NCBI GenBank assembly: GCA_037441385.1
Contig: JBBISH010000153.1
Coordinates: 1 to 13,377 of the forward strand
Direction: 5' to 3'
DNA: 13,377 bases
Source of the DNA: Myxococcales bacterium
GTDB lineage: Bacteria; Myxococcota_A; UBA9042
Part shown: piece by piece, positions 1 to 7,864 of the stretch
Position numbering within the stretch: position 1 is the first letter of the stretch
How the letters are laid out: each line of letters begins with the position of its first letter
Program-made: the position numbers and the translations under genes
The notes under the pieces: model-generated
Databases searched by the model: none
The model's input: the letters and a program-made list of their open reading frames with translations, nothing else
What the model was told of the DNA's origin: nothing

Positions 1-1
1 G

Positions 2-1027
2 CCCGCGGCCGTGGCGGCGCTGGCGGCGGTGGCCATCTACGTGCGACCCGAAGCCCGGGTGGTCCTGCCGGCGGTGGTGCTGCTGGCCCTGCGGCCCAGC
101 TGGACCGGGCGGCAGCGCGTGCAGTTGTTCGCTGCACTGCCCCTGTTCCTGGCAGGCTACGCGCCGCAGTTGGCATCCAAGGCTGACCGGGTGGTCGAAA
201 GTTCGCCGGCCGACCTGGCCTATTGGCTGCTGGCGGAGCCACGCGTGGCGCCCGTCTGGTGGTGCGCCTTGGGCCTTGCGGGGGTGGCGATGGGCCGCGC
301 TGATCGCCTGGCCCGTACGGCACTGGGGGTGGCCCTGGTCGGATTGCTGGCGGGCTACTTGTTGACGACAGAGCCCAATCCCGGCTTTGGCCTGTGGCGC
401 TACTTTACCGCGCTGCTGCCCCTGCTGGCCGTGGGGGCGGCCCTGCTGGCGGCGCGTTGGCCCAGTCTGCAGGCTCGGCCCGCGGTGGTCGTGGGTGCGG
501 TGGCGGCCACGCTGATCCCGTACGCGCCGCTGTGGCTGCAGCCCAGCGACCTACACGCCGAATTTGCCGCCTTGCGTGCGGGCGCGCCAAGCGCGATGGA
601 GCATGCGGACTTGCTGCTCTTGCCCAACGAGGCTGGCGATTTGCACACGGGCCAGGACCACTTTGCCACGGCTCTGTTGGCGCTGCACATGGCGACGGGG
701 CGGACCTTCCGCGCCGAGGACCAGCCGGGTCCGCGCGGCATGTTGGGCACCCTGGGCACGGTGCCCGTCGCGAGTTTGGAAGCGTGGCAGTCCGACCCCC
801 AGCGTGCCCGGCCGGCGCGGGTGGTGGCCTGGTTCGGGTTGCCAGTGTCGCCGGCGCGCGAGCAGAAGTTGCAGGCGCTGGGCCACTGGCGCCCGCTGGC
901 TACCTACAGCCGCGACGTCCTGTTGCAGCTGCCCGAGTCGGATGTGCGCTGCCCGCCGGCTGAGGGACTGGGCATCACCCTGCGACCTTGCTCGCTGCAG
1001 CTGGCTTGGCAGGTGCTGGAACCATGA
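2..1027 (+). CDS. Multi-pass membrane protein, possible GT-C fold (ArnT/PMT-like) glycosyltransferase; 5'-partial
   Basis: Frame is open from the window edge (CCC GCG GCC GTG...) to TGA 1025-1027. Several hydrophobic segments, 'YVRPE' after a TM helix and 'WRYFTALLPLLAV' resembling the RYxxPxxP motif of GT-C enzymes. Ends in a soluble ~160-aa C-terminal domain. Function is inferred from motif and topology only. Confidence 0.6.
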   Translation, partial: PAAVAALAAVAIYVRPEARVVLPAVVLLALRPSWTGRQRVQLFAALPLFLAGYAPQLASKADRVVESSPADLAYWLLAEPRVAPVWWCALGLAGVAMGRADRLARTALGVALVGLLAGYLLTTEPNPGFGLWRYFTALLPLLAVGAALLAARWPSLQARPAVVVGAVAATLIPYAPLWLQPSDLHAEFAALRAGAPSAMEHADLLLLPNEAGDLHTGQDHFATALLALHMATGRTFRAEDQPGPRGMLGTLGTVPVASLEAWQSDPQRARPARVVAWFGLPVSPAREQKLQALGHWRPLATYSRDVLLQLPESDVRCPPAEGLGITLRPCSLQLAWQVLEP

Positions 1028-2001
1028 GCGCACGCCGGCGAACCATCCTTGCCCTTCGGGCGCTGGCGTGGCCCGTGCTGGCACTGGTTGCCGTGGTGGC
1101 GCTGCTCTCGCCCGCCGTGGCGGCTCACTTGCCGGCTGGGCGCGAGGCGGCGGTCAAGACGTTGATTTTTGGACCAGAGCTGAGCGCGCTGGGGCTGGAA
1201 GTCCGCAGCGTGGCCATCCAGCGCGCCGAGATTGCAGTAGTCGTGGCCGGGGCTGCGAGCGGCGTCCTGCACTTGGAGGAACTGGCCGAAGCCCCCCGGG
1301 GGTTTGCCAAGACGCCGTCCTTTGCGCTGCGCTGGACTTCGTCGCAACCCGGCATTCCGTCTGCGGTGCAGACTTGGGCCGGGCAAATCGCCACGCGCGA
1401 CGGCGGCGGCTGGTGGGTGGCCGAGGCCAGTGCCCCGCCACCGCGGCAGACCCCGGAGCTGGCTTGGTCGGTGGCGATCGGCGGGGTGCTGTGGCTGTTA
1501 CTGCTCCTTGGACTGGTGGTGGGGTGGTTCGCTCCCAAGAAAGTGCTGGCATGGTCCATGCTTGCAACCACAGCGACCACGGCGACGCAGTGGCTGCTGT
1601 CGCGCGGGGGGCCGACGCACGCCAGCCGCGAGGCCATCGCCGGGCGCAGTGGGTCGCCTGTGGCCGCGCTTTCACCGTTGTGGCGCTGGCACTTCCATGT
1701 TCCAGAGGGGTGGGTCGACAGTGCCACGGCCGCGCTACTGGGCCTGCTCTTGGCGACGGTGATTCCACGGCTGCTGCGGCGTGTGCCCCTGCTTCGCGAG
1801 CTGCCCGCGGCGGCGGCGGCGGCGGTGGCAGGTCTGGTCGGCGCAGTGTCGTTGGCTAGCTTGGGTTTGTACCCCAGCCTGACGGTGGTTCTGGCTGTGC
1901 TGTGTCTGGCTGTGCCGCCCAAGGGCTCGGCGCTGCCCCAGTGGGCCGCCGCGGCTGGGCTGCTGGTCGCGCAAGGGGCTTGGTTCGGTCTGGGCCAGTA
2001 G
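1024..2001 (+). CDS. Hypothetical integral membrane protein (325 aa)
   Basis: ATG at 1024 overlaps the upstream TGA (ATGA), indicating translational coupling, so it is preferred over the 988 start. Basic N-terminus plus hydrophobic signal/anchor (MSARRRT...VLALVAVVALLSPAVAA), an extracytoplasmic segment, then several TM helices. No family recognised. Confidence 0.7.
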   Translation: MSARRRTILALRALAWPVLALVAVVALLSPAVAAHLPAGREAAVKTLIFGPELSALGLEVRSVAIQRAEIAVVVAGAASGVLHLEELAEAPRGFAKTPSFALRWTSSQPGIPSAVQTWAGQIATRDGGGWWVAEASAPPPRQTPELAWSVAIGGVLWLLLLLGLVVGWFAPKKVLAWSMLATTATTATQWLLSRGGPTHASREAIAGRSGSPVAALSPLWRWHFHVPEGWVDSATAALLGLLLATVIPRLLRRVPLLRELPAAAAAAVAGLVGAVSLASLGLYPSLTVVLAVLCLAVPPKGSALPQWAAAAGLLVAQGAWFGLGQ

Positions 2002-2029
2002 CACGAACCCCACCTGATTCGCGCCCGAA

Positions 2030-2056
2030 GAATCGCCCGAGTTTTCGAGGCGATTC
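2030..2056. terminator. Stem-loop between convergent genes (possible bidirectional terminator)
   Basis: GAATCGCC (2030-2037) pairs with GGCGATTC (2049-2056), with inner CGA/TCG pairs. It lies in the 73-bp gap between convergent stop codons. No U-tract follows. Confidence 0.4.
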
Positions 2057-2074
2057 GGACGCAACCGCTACGAG

Positions 2075-5000
2075 CTACGGAGCGGCGTAGTGATAGCCCG
2101 CGTCCACCGCGCCCGTGTCGGCCTTGCCGTCGCTGCGGGTAGTGCGTTTGTCCAGGCCCACGGCGCTGGCCGCCGGCGGCGTCAGCGAACCCGCGGCGAC
2201 CGGGTCGACACACGGCGACTGTTTGGTCTGCCCGGCCGCAGTCTGCGACAAGAAGTAGCTGCCGTCCGCGGTCTGTACGAACAGGGGATTGCTCGTCTGG
2301 TTGCCCAGCTGACCCGGCACCCACGAGTCGCCGCCGTTCATCTTCAGGCCGTCGTCGACCACGTCGCCCTCGGCCACCTGGCTGTCGTCGCGAACTGTGC
2401 AAAAGTGGAGGATCGCGCTGGAGTTGCTGACGTTCTTGATGAAGATCTGGGCGCCCTGGATCGGCGCGCTGGCGCCCTTGGCGAGGTTGTCCCAAAAGAT
2501 GCAGCTGTCGACATTGGCGGTGGCGTTCTCTAGGTAGAATCCGCCGCCCAACGAGGCCGTGTTGCCCACCGCCGTCACGTTGCGGATGGTCCACTTGCCC
2601 ATGACGACCTGAAGTGCGCCGCCCTGACCGCTGACCACGTTGCCGACCGCCAGAATGTTGCTGATTTGTCCGGTGCTCCCCGAATAGGCGCGAATCGCGC
2701 CGCCGTTTGCCGCTTTGTTGCCCAGGAATTGGCAATCTTGGACCGCCGAACCGGAGCCCGTCTCGACCGTATTGGCCGTGGCGGTGTTGCCCGACAACAC
2801 GCTGTTGCTCAGCGTGATGGAGCCCGTGCTCACCGAGTCGATGGCCACGATCTTGGACCCCTTGTTGTTGAGGAACTTGAGCCCCGACGAATTGGCGCCG
2901 ATAAAGGCGACCTCGTAGTACCCGCCGTCGTTGTTGATGAACGTGCTGTTCTTGACGCTGTGGCCGCCGTTGTAGCGCCCTTCGAATGACCGGCCAATGT
3001 TGCCGGTGAACAAGGAGTTGTCCACCTCGCAGAACGTTGCTGCACCGTAGAGGTCGCCAGAGGTCTTGTTGCCTTTGAAAACGCTGCCGGTGACTGTACA
3101 GGGCGTGCCCTGGTAGGCGACCACGCCCCACTGGCAGCCCTCAAAGCGGGTGTTGGCCACGGTCAAACTGCCCTTGGTATTGTCGATCGCCAGGCAAGAG
3201 TTGGCCTTGGGTTCCTGGACGAAGGCACAGCCATCCAGGCTGAGGCTCGCGGTCTCGATGGCCGTGACCACCCGCGACCCGCCAACGTGGCCAGTGAAGG
3301 TGGTCGAGCGGAGGGTTCCCACGGCCGTGCCGCGCAGCAAGATGGCTTCGCCAAGGCCGGCTGGGCCCGCGTAGTTGCCGCCAAAGGCGCTGCCGGTGGT
3401 GGTCAGCTTGCCATCCACGACCACGATGCCCCCGCCGCCCTTGGGGTAGCCGGAGGTCGCCGTGACCGTGTTGTTGGTGAACGTGCAGCGGTTCGCGCTC
3501 AGCGTGATCCCCGCACCCTCTGCGTCCACCGCGCCGCCGTTGTCCGACGCGGAGTTGGTGTCGAACGCGACATCGGATAGCTTGACCAGTGCCGTGTCGC
3601 CCGTCGCGGCGACCACGCGCACGGCCGAGGCCACGCAGCCCTTGATGGTCATGCCCGCGACGGTCAGGTTGATCGGCGCGCCGGGGTTGTTCAGGTTGAA
3701 GGCACGGCCTGCACCCGCGCAGTCGAGCGTGACTTTGCTGGGACCGCTGAGCCCGACGATCGACAGCACTTTGCTACCGGGGTTCAGGTTCTTGTTGGCG
3801 TTGCCCGCGTAGACGCCGTCGTGGACGGCAATGGTGTCGCCACTGGCCGCCGCACCGACCGCGGCCGAAATGGTCGTGTATTCCTCGTTGGCGCCCACGT
3901 TCAAGACTGCGCCGGTGTAGACGACGAGCAGCGCGCCGCCCAGGCCGGTCTTGCCGGCCTTGTCGGTGGCGGTGATGGGCAAGCTGTAGGTACCGGCTGC
4001 CAGCCCGGCGGTGGCGACGCTGCCCGTGTAGGTTTGGCTCTGGTTGTCTGTCCCCGGGCCCGCGGCCGTGAGCGCCGTGGTTGCGCCGCCACCCAGCCCG
4101 GACAAGTCGACCGTGACGCCGCTCAAGTCGTTGACACTGCTGGCATTATCCGTGTTACTGTCGGTCACCACCACGGTCAACGCAGCCGCGGTGCCGGGCT
4201 TGACGGCGGCCGAGAAGGCGGCCACGCTGATCACGGGCGCCTTGGGCACGACGCAGCCGGTGAGCGCGCAGGTGCCTTCGCCCGCGGCGCAGGCCAAGCC
4301 TACCTTGGCCGGATCGGGCTTGGTGTTCGAGCAAATGAGCGCGCCGGACTTGCAACTGGGCGTGCCGAACGAGCACTCGTCGCTCCAGCACGGGCTGGGC
4401 GGTTGCAGCGTGTCGTCGGCCTTGCTGCTGCACACGCCCGAGCTGGGGGCGCAAGTGTCGGCGGTGCAAGGTTTGCCGTCGTCGCAGTTCTTGTCCACGT
4501 TCGCGCAGGTGCCGGCCGTGGTGTCGCACGCATCTTGAGTGCAGTAGTCGTTGTCGAAGCAGTCGCTGGTGGATTTGCACGGGCACGCGCCGATCTTGCC
4601 CTTGCACTGCCAGCTGATGCACTTGTCGCCGCTGGTGCACGGCTTGCCATCGTCGCAGGCGGTGCCGTCGGCCAGGCCGTCGGCGGTGCACGAGCCCGTC
4701 CAGCTGACACAGCTGTCTTTGGTGCACGGGTTGTTGTCGTCGCACACCTTGGCCGCGCCAGAGCACTTGCCGGCGACGCAGGTGTCTTGCACGGTGCACG
4801 GCAAGTAGTCGTCGCAGGGGCCGGTGTCGACCGAAGTGTAGGTGCAGCCCGACTTGGGGTCGCACGCGTCCGTCGTGCAGGCGTTGTTGTCGTTGCAGAC
4901 CACCGCGACGCCCGCGCACGCGCCGCCGGTGCAGGTGTCGGCCTTGGTGCAGGGGTTGCCGTCGTTGCAGCTGTCGCCTTCGGGCACGACGGTCGCCGGG

Positions 5001-6679
5001 TTCACCACGCACTTGTGAACCTTGAGATCGCAAAAGAGCGTGCCGTTGCACGTGTTGCCGTCTTCGAGCGCGGCGCAATCCTCGATCGCTTCGCAGGCGC
5101 AGATCTTGACGCCGGCCGTGCAGACACCGGCTTTGCAGCTGTCGTTGGCCGTGCAGGCGCTGCCGTCTTGGCAGGGGGCGCCGTCGGCCGCCACGACCAT
5201 TTCGCATAGACCGGTCTTTGGCCCGCAAGTATTGACTTGGCAATCGGTATTCTTGACCGACGGGCAGACCACGATGGTGGCCGGGTTCAGCACACACTCG
5301 TGCTCGGCCTTGTCGCAGTACAGCGTGCCGTTGCACAGGTTGCCGTCGTCTTTGCTGTCGCACTCGCCGTCGGTTTGGCACGGGCAGATGTTGGCGCCCG
5401 AGGTGCAGGCGCCAGTTTGGCATGTGCCTTGGGCGGTGCACGGGTTGCCATCGTCGCAGGGGGCGCCGCTCGACACCGCCGTCATGCTGCATTGGCCGGT
5501 CTTGGGATCGCACAGGTTTTTGGAGCAGGCAGTATCGTCCACGGACTTGCAGGTCACCAGCGTGGCCGGGTTTACAGTGCAGACTGGTGGACTGAGCGAC
5601 AAGTTGCAGTACATGGTCCCGTTGCACAGGTTGCCGTCTTCTTTGCCGGCGCAGTCTCCGTCGCTCGAGCAGGTGCAGGTATTGGTGGTCGAGACGCAGC
5701 CACCGGCCAGGCAATGGTCGCCGCCGCTGCAGGGGTTGCCGTCGTCGCAAGGCTGGTTCTCGTTCAGGGCTTGCATGGCGCACTGACCTGTCTTGGGGTC
5801 GCAGGTGTTTTTGCCGCAGACGGTGTCGAAGGCGCCAGGGCAGACCACCACGGTCTTGGGGTTCACCTCGCACTTCATCTTGAGCTTGTTGCAGAACAGA
5901 GTGCCGTTGCACACGTCGCCGTCTTCCAGTTTGGCGCAGTCGGCGTTGCTGGTGCACTCGGCCACGCTGGTGCCTTTGCATACGCCCGCGTCGCAGGCGT
6001 CGCCGGTCGTGGCGGCATTGCCGTCGTCGCAGGCCGTTCCGTCGGGCGCGGCAAACTCTGCGCAACTGGGCTTGTCGGGCTTGCCTTTGGGGTCGCCGGG
6101 TTCGACGCACTTGGCGACCTGGCATGGGCCTGTGGCCGGCGCGCACTGCACTGCGGTGTTGGCGACGGCCTTGCAGACCGACGGCGACGCGCTGGTGTCG
6201 CAGAACCACACGCCGGCACATTGGTTCTTTGCGCCCACGGCGGCGCACTCGCCGCCCCCCACGGTGCAGCCGCAGGTGTTGGCGCCGGGCTTGCACTTGC
6301 CAGCGTCGCACTGGTCGCCGCTGGTGCAGGCGTTGCCGTCGTCGCAGCTGCCGGCGGTGGGCGTGTGGGTGCAGGTGCCGCTGGCCTGGTCGCACGCGTC
6401 GCTGGTGCACGGGTTGCCGTCGTCGCAACTGGGCGGGCAGCTGACCGCGTCGCTCGCGGTGTCCGCCGGGGTTGTGTCGCTGACTTGCGTGTCGCTGCCT
6501 TGCGTGTCGCTGGCCAAGCCGTCGCTCACCGTGGTGTCGCTGGTGGCCGTGTCTGGCTTGCTGGCCGTCGCGGCGGGTTCGTCGCTGCAGGCCGCCGCAA
6601 CGATCAGACTAGCCCATAGTAGTAAGTAGGGTAGCCGTGACGGAAAGGCGGGCGAAGGAGTCTGTGCGGGCGTCCGCAT
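2075..6679 (-). CDS. Large surface lipoprotein (1534 aa): Cys-rich repeat stalk + Ig-like domain + right-handed beta-helix (pectin lyase-like/Pmp repeats); putative adhesin
   Basis: GAGGT RBS 5 nt upstream of ATG. Signal peptide ends in lipobox IVAAA-C31. SDT linker, then CDDGNPCTxDxC repeats at aa 81-809. Ig-like module ('VTVDLSGLGG','GTYSLPITATD'). Beta-helix cap 'YTTISAAVGAAASGDTIAVHDGVY', many FxxN and GGA(I/V/L) motifs. C-terminal 'NPLFV...SPCVD...DAGYHY' resembles choice-of-anchor-Q-type caps. Confidence 0.88.
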   Translation of the reverse strand: MRTPAQTPSPAFPSRLPYLLLWASLIVAAACSDEPAATASKPDTATSDTTVSDGLASDTQGSDTQVSDTTPADTASDAVSCPPSCDDGNPCTSDACDQASGTCTHTPTAGSCDDGNACTSGDQCDAGKCKPGANTCGCTVGGGECAAVGAKNQCAGVWFCDTSASPSVCKAVANTAVQCAPATGPCQVAKCVEPGDPKGKPDKPSCAEFAAPDGTACDDGNAATTGDACDAGVCKGTSVAECTSNADCAKLEDGDVCNGTLFCNKLKMKCEVNPKTVVVCPGAFDTVCGKNTCDPKTGQCAMQALNENQPCDDGNPCSGGDHCLAGGCVSTTNTCTCSSDGDCAGKEDGNLCNGTMYCNLSLSPPVCTVNPATLVTCKSVDDTACSKNLCDPKTGQCSMTAVSSGAPCDDGNPCTAQGTCQTGACTSGANICPCQTDGECDSKDDGNLCNGTLYCDKAEHECVLNPATIVVCPSVKNTDCQVNTCGPKTGLCEMVVAADGAPCQDGSACTANDSCKAGVCTAGVKICACEAIEDCAALEDGNTCNGTLFCDLKVHKCVVNPATVVPEGDSCNDGNPCTKADTCTGGACAGVAVVCNDNNACTTDACDPKSGCTYTSVDTGPCDDYLPCTVQDTCVAGKCSGAAKVCDDNNPCTKDSCVSWTGSCTADGLADGTACDDGKPCTSGDKCISWQCKGKIGACPCKSTSDCFDNDYCTQDACDTTAGTCANVDKNCDDGKPCTADTCAPSSGVCSSKADDTLQPPSPCWSDECSFGTPSCKSGALICSNTKPDPAKVGLACAAGEGTCALTGCVVPKAPVISVAAFSAAVKPGTAAALTVVVTDSNTDNASSVNDLSGVTVDLSGLGGGATTALTAAGPGTDNQSQTYTGSVATAGLAAGTYSLPITATDKAGKTGLGGALLVVYTGAVLNVGANEEYTTISAAVGAAASGDTIAVHDGVYAGNANKNLNPGSKVLSIVGLSGPSKVTLDCAGAGRAFNLNNPGAPINLTVAGMTIKGCVASAVRVVAATGDTALVKLSDVAFDTNSASDNGGAVDAEGAGITLSANRCTFTNNTVTATSGYPKGGGGIVVVDGKLTTTGSAFGGNYAGPAGLGEAILLRGTAVGTLRSTTFTGHVGGSRVVTAIETASLSLDGCAFVQEPKANSCLAIDNTKGSLTVANTRFEGCQWGVVAYQGTPCTVTGSVFKGNKTSGDLYGAATFCEVDNSLFTGNIGRSFEGRYNGGHSVKNSTFINNDGGYYEVAFIGANSSGLKFLNNKGSKIVAIDSVSTGSITLSNSVLSGNTATANTVETGSGSAVQDCQFLGNKAANGGAIRAYSGSTGQISNILAVGNVVSGQGGALQVVMGKWTIRNVTAVGNTASLGGGFYLENATANVDSCIFWDNLAKGASAPIQGAQIFIKNVSNSSAILHFCTVRDDSQVAEGDVVDDGLKMNGGDSWVPGQLGNQTSNPLFVQTADGSYFLSQTAAGQTKQSPCVDPVAAGSLTPPAASAVGLDKRTTRSDGKADTGAVDAGYHYAAP
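4253..6439 (-). repeat. Intragenic Cys-rich repeat array (CDDGNPCTxDxC half-repeats, plus ~95-aa 12-Cys 'EDGNxCNGTL(Y/F)C...VNPAT' super-repeats)
   Basis: The translation shows four clear copies of (E/D)DGxxCNGT(L/M)(Y/F)C...(V/L)NPxT, the last one shortened, plus one divergent copy. Many CDDG(N/K)(P/A)CT half-repeats are also present. Confidence 0.9.
6440..6560 (-). repeat. Degenerate 15-bp tandem repeat encoding an xSDTx pentapeptide linker
   Basis: Protein reads KPDTA TSDTT VSDGL ASDTQ GSDTQ VSDTT PADTA SDA. DNA CTTGCGTGTCGCTG is exact at 6484-6497 and 6499-6512. Confidence 0.75.
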
Positions 6680-6684
6680 CGTGC

Positions 6685-6689
6685 ACCTC
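6685..6689 (-). promoter_or_regulatory. Shine-Dalgarno site of the lipoprotein gene
   Basis: GAGGT on the minus strand, 5 nt before ATG 6679. Confidence 0.65.
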
Positions 6690-6738
6690 TGGCGTGGTGA
6701 GTTGGGGGTATCGGGCCATGTTGCCGCAGCGCCCCGCG

Positions 6739-6819
6739 ATCTTCGCGATTCTCGGGCGGCGGTGTCAAGCCGTGCGCGCGCGACGACCCGCTTGACTCGG
6801 GCAGTATTGTGGTGATGCT
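6739..6819. promoter_or_regulatory. Candidate back-to-back sigma70 promoters in the divergent intergenic region
   Basis: Minus strand: TTGACA (6768-6763)-N18-GAAGAT (6744-6739). Plus strand: TTGACT (6792-6797)-N16-GATGCT (6814-6819). The -35 boxes are strong and the -10 boxes weak. Confidence 0.4.
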
Positions 6820-6866
6820 AGGGAGGTGGCCATGGGCCCAAGGCCCGCAACAAGTGAGGACCCATC

Positions 6867-7859
6867 GTGACCTTTGCTCAAGGAATCCTGGCTGCTACTT
6901 GCGTTTGCCTGCTTGGGGCCGGGCCGGCCCATGCCGACGAGCCTGCGGCCCCACCCGAGTCGCCAACTGCCCCTGCCTCTGCGCCTGCCGCTGCCGCGGT
7001 TGCAGCCCCGCGCCGCGCCGCCGACGAGCGCTTGCTGCTGACGCCGACCGAGCGCACGTTGCCGCGCCACCGGCTGGTGATCAGCAACGACGAAGTGCTG
7101 TTGTTCCGCTTTGGTTTTGGCCTCACCGAACGTTTGCAGATGGACGTGATGGCGGGCGGGCTGCCCGGCGCGGCCGGCGGGATTCTGCCGGCGCCAGGCC
7201 TGTTCGCGGGCGCCGGTGCCGGGCTGATCGGTGCGCTGGACTTGGGGTTGAAGTACCGAATTTTGCAGGAGGATGGTTGGCTACCTGGGCTCGCGCTCAG
7301 CTACGACCTGGTCGACGTATTCGGCGCCGGTATCGGCGTGGGCGGGGCGGCCGGTGGAGGGGGCGCGGCCGCAGGCGTGGGCGTGGCCACAGCCAATGCT
7401 CAGTTCAACCTGTTCTCCGCTGCAGCGGGGTGGCATTTGGGAAGTGACAGCCACGTCACCCTGGGCGTGCGCGCGCTCGACAACCACCACTTCTTGCCGC
7501 AGAGCGCCCAGTTCAGTGCAGTGGCCTCAGGCAGCAGTGGGACTGGAACCGCCAACGCAACCGCAACGATCGATCGCCTGCCCTTGCACGTGCAGCCCTT
7601 CTTGGGTCTTGAGCAGATCTTGGGTCCGCACAGCGCCTTGATGGGCGAGTTCTTTCCGGCTACTGCGGTACAGGACCTGTCGGGCTCGGTGGGGGCGCGT
7701 TGGCTGCTGGGGCGCGACAAACCTTGGCTGTTCCTGCCTCTTCACAAGCTGCGTGTGCGCGTGGACTTGGCCGCGGTCCTGTTCGGCGTCCGCGACACCA
7801 ACGGTCAGCTGCGGCTGGGCATGCTGCCCTGGTTTGGGCTTGGATTCTACACGCTTTGA
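6867..7859 (+). CDS. Exported protein, probable outer-membrane beta-barrel of unknown function (330 aa)
   Basis: GAGGA RBS (6856-6860) before GTG. Sec signal ends AHA-D, then a Pro/Ala linker and an 'RLLLTPTERTL' motif. Amphipathic beta-strand patterns (LDLGLKYRI, LSGSVGARW, VRVDLAAVLF) and an aromatic C-terminal strand WFGLGFYTL. Confidence 0.7.
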   Translation: MTFAQGILAATCVCLLGAGPAHADEPAAPPESPTAPASAPAAAAVAAPRRAADERLLLTPTERTLPRHRLVISNDEVLLFRFGFGLTERLQMDVMAGGLPGAAGGILPAPGLFAGAGAGLIGALDLGLKYRILQEDGWLPGLALSYDLVDVFGAGIGVGGAAGGGGAAAGVGVATANAQFNLFSAAAGWHLGSDSHVTLGVRALDNHHFLPQSAQFSAVASGSSGTGTANATATIDRLPLHVQPFLGLEQILGPHSALMGEFFPATAVQDLSGSVGARWLLGRDKPWLFLPLHKLRVRVDLAAVLFGVRDTNGQLRLGMLPWFGLGFYTL

Positions 7860-7864
7860 AGTGA

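Noticed and set aside
1125..3131. 668-aa minus-strand ORF extending past the lipoprotein stop, a possible frameshift extension
   Set aside because: The lipoprotein ends in a natural-looking cap motif, no slippery site is evident, and the extension is antisense to the 1024-2001 CDS.
4155..6428. 757-aa Arg-rich ORF and other long alternative-frame ORFs (3821-5209, 5237-6619, 10720-12453, 12251-13342, 564-1859, 8168-9382)
   Set aside because: Shadow frames of high-GC, repeat-rich genes. Arg/Gly/Ala-biased, no recognisable motifs, and overlapping better-supported CDSs.
4253..6439. Cys-rich arrays as a multiheme cytochrome or metal-cluster protein
   Set aside because: No CxxCH heme motifs or ferredoxin-type Cys spacing. 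An exported location and paired Cys counts favour disulfides.
2022..6758. CGCCCGAAGAATCGC (2022-2036) versus inverted GCGATTCTCGGGCG (6745-6758) bracketing the lipoprotein gene
   Set aside because: The match needs an indel, is GC-rich, has no evident flanking target duplication, and no recombinase is nearby. Likely chance.
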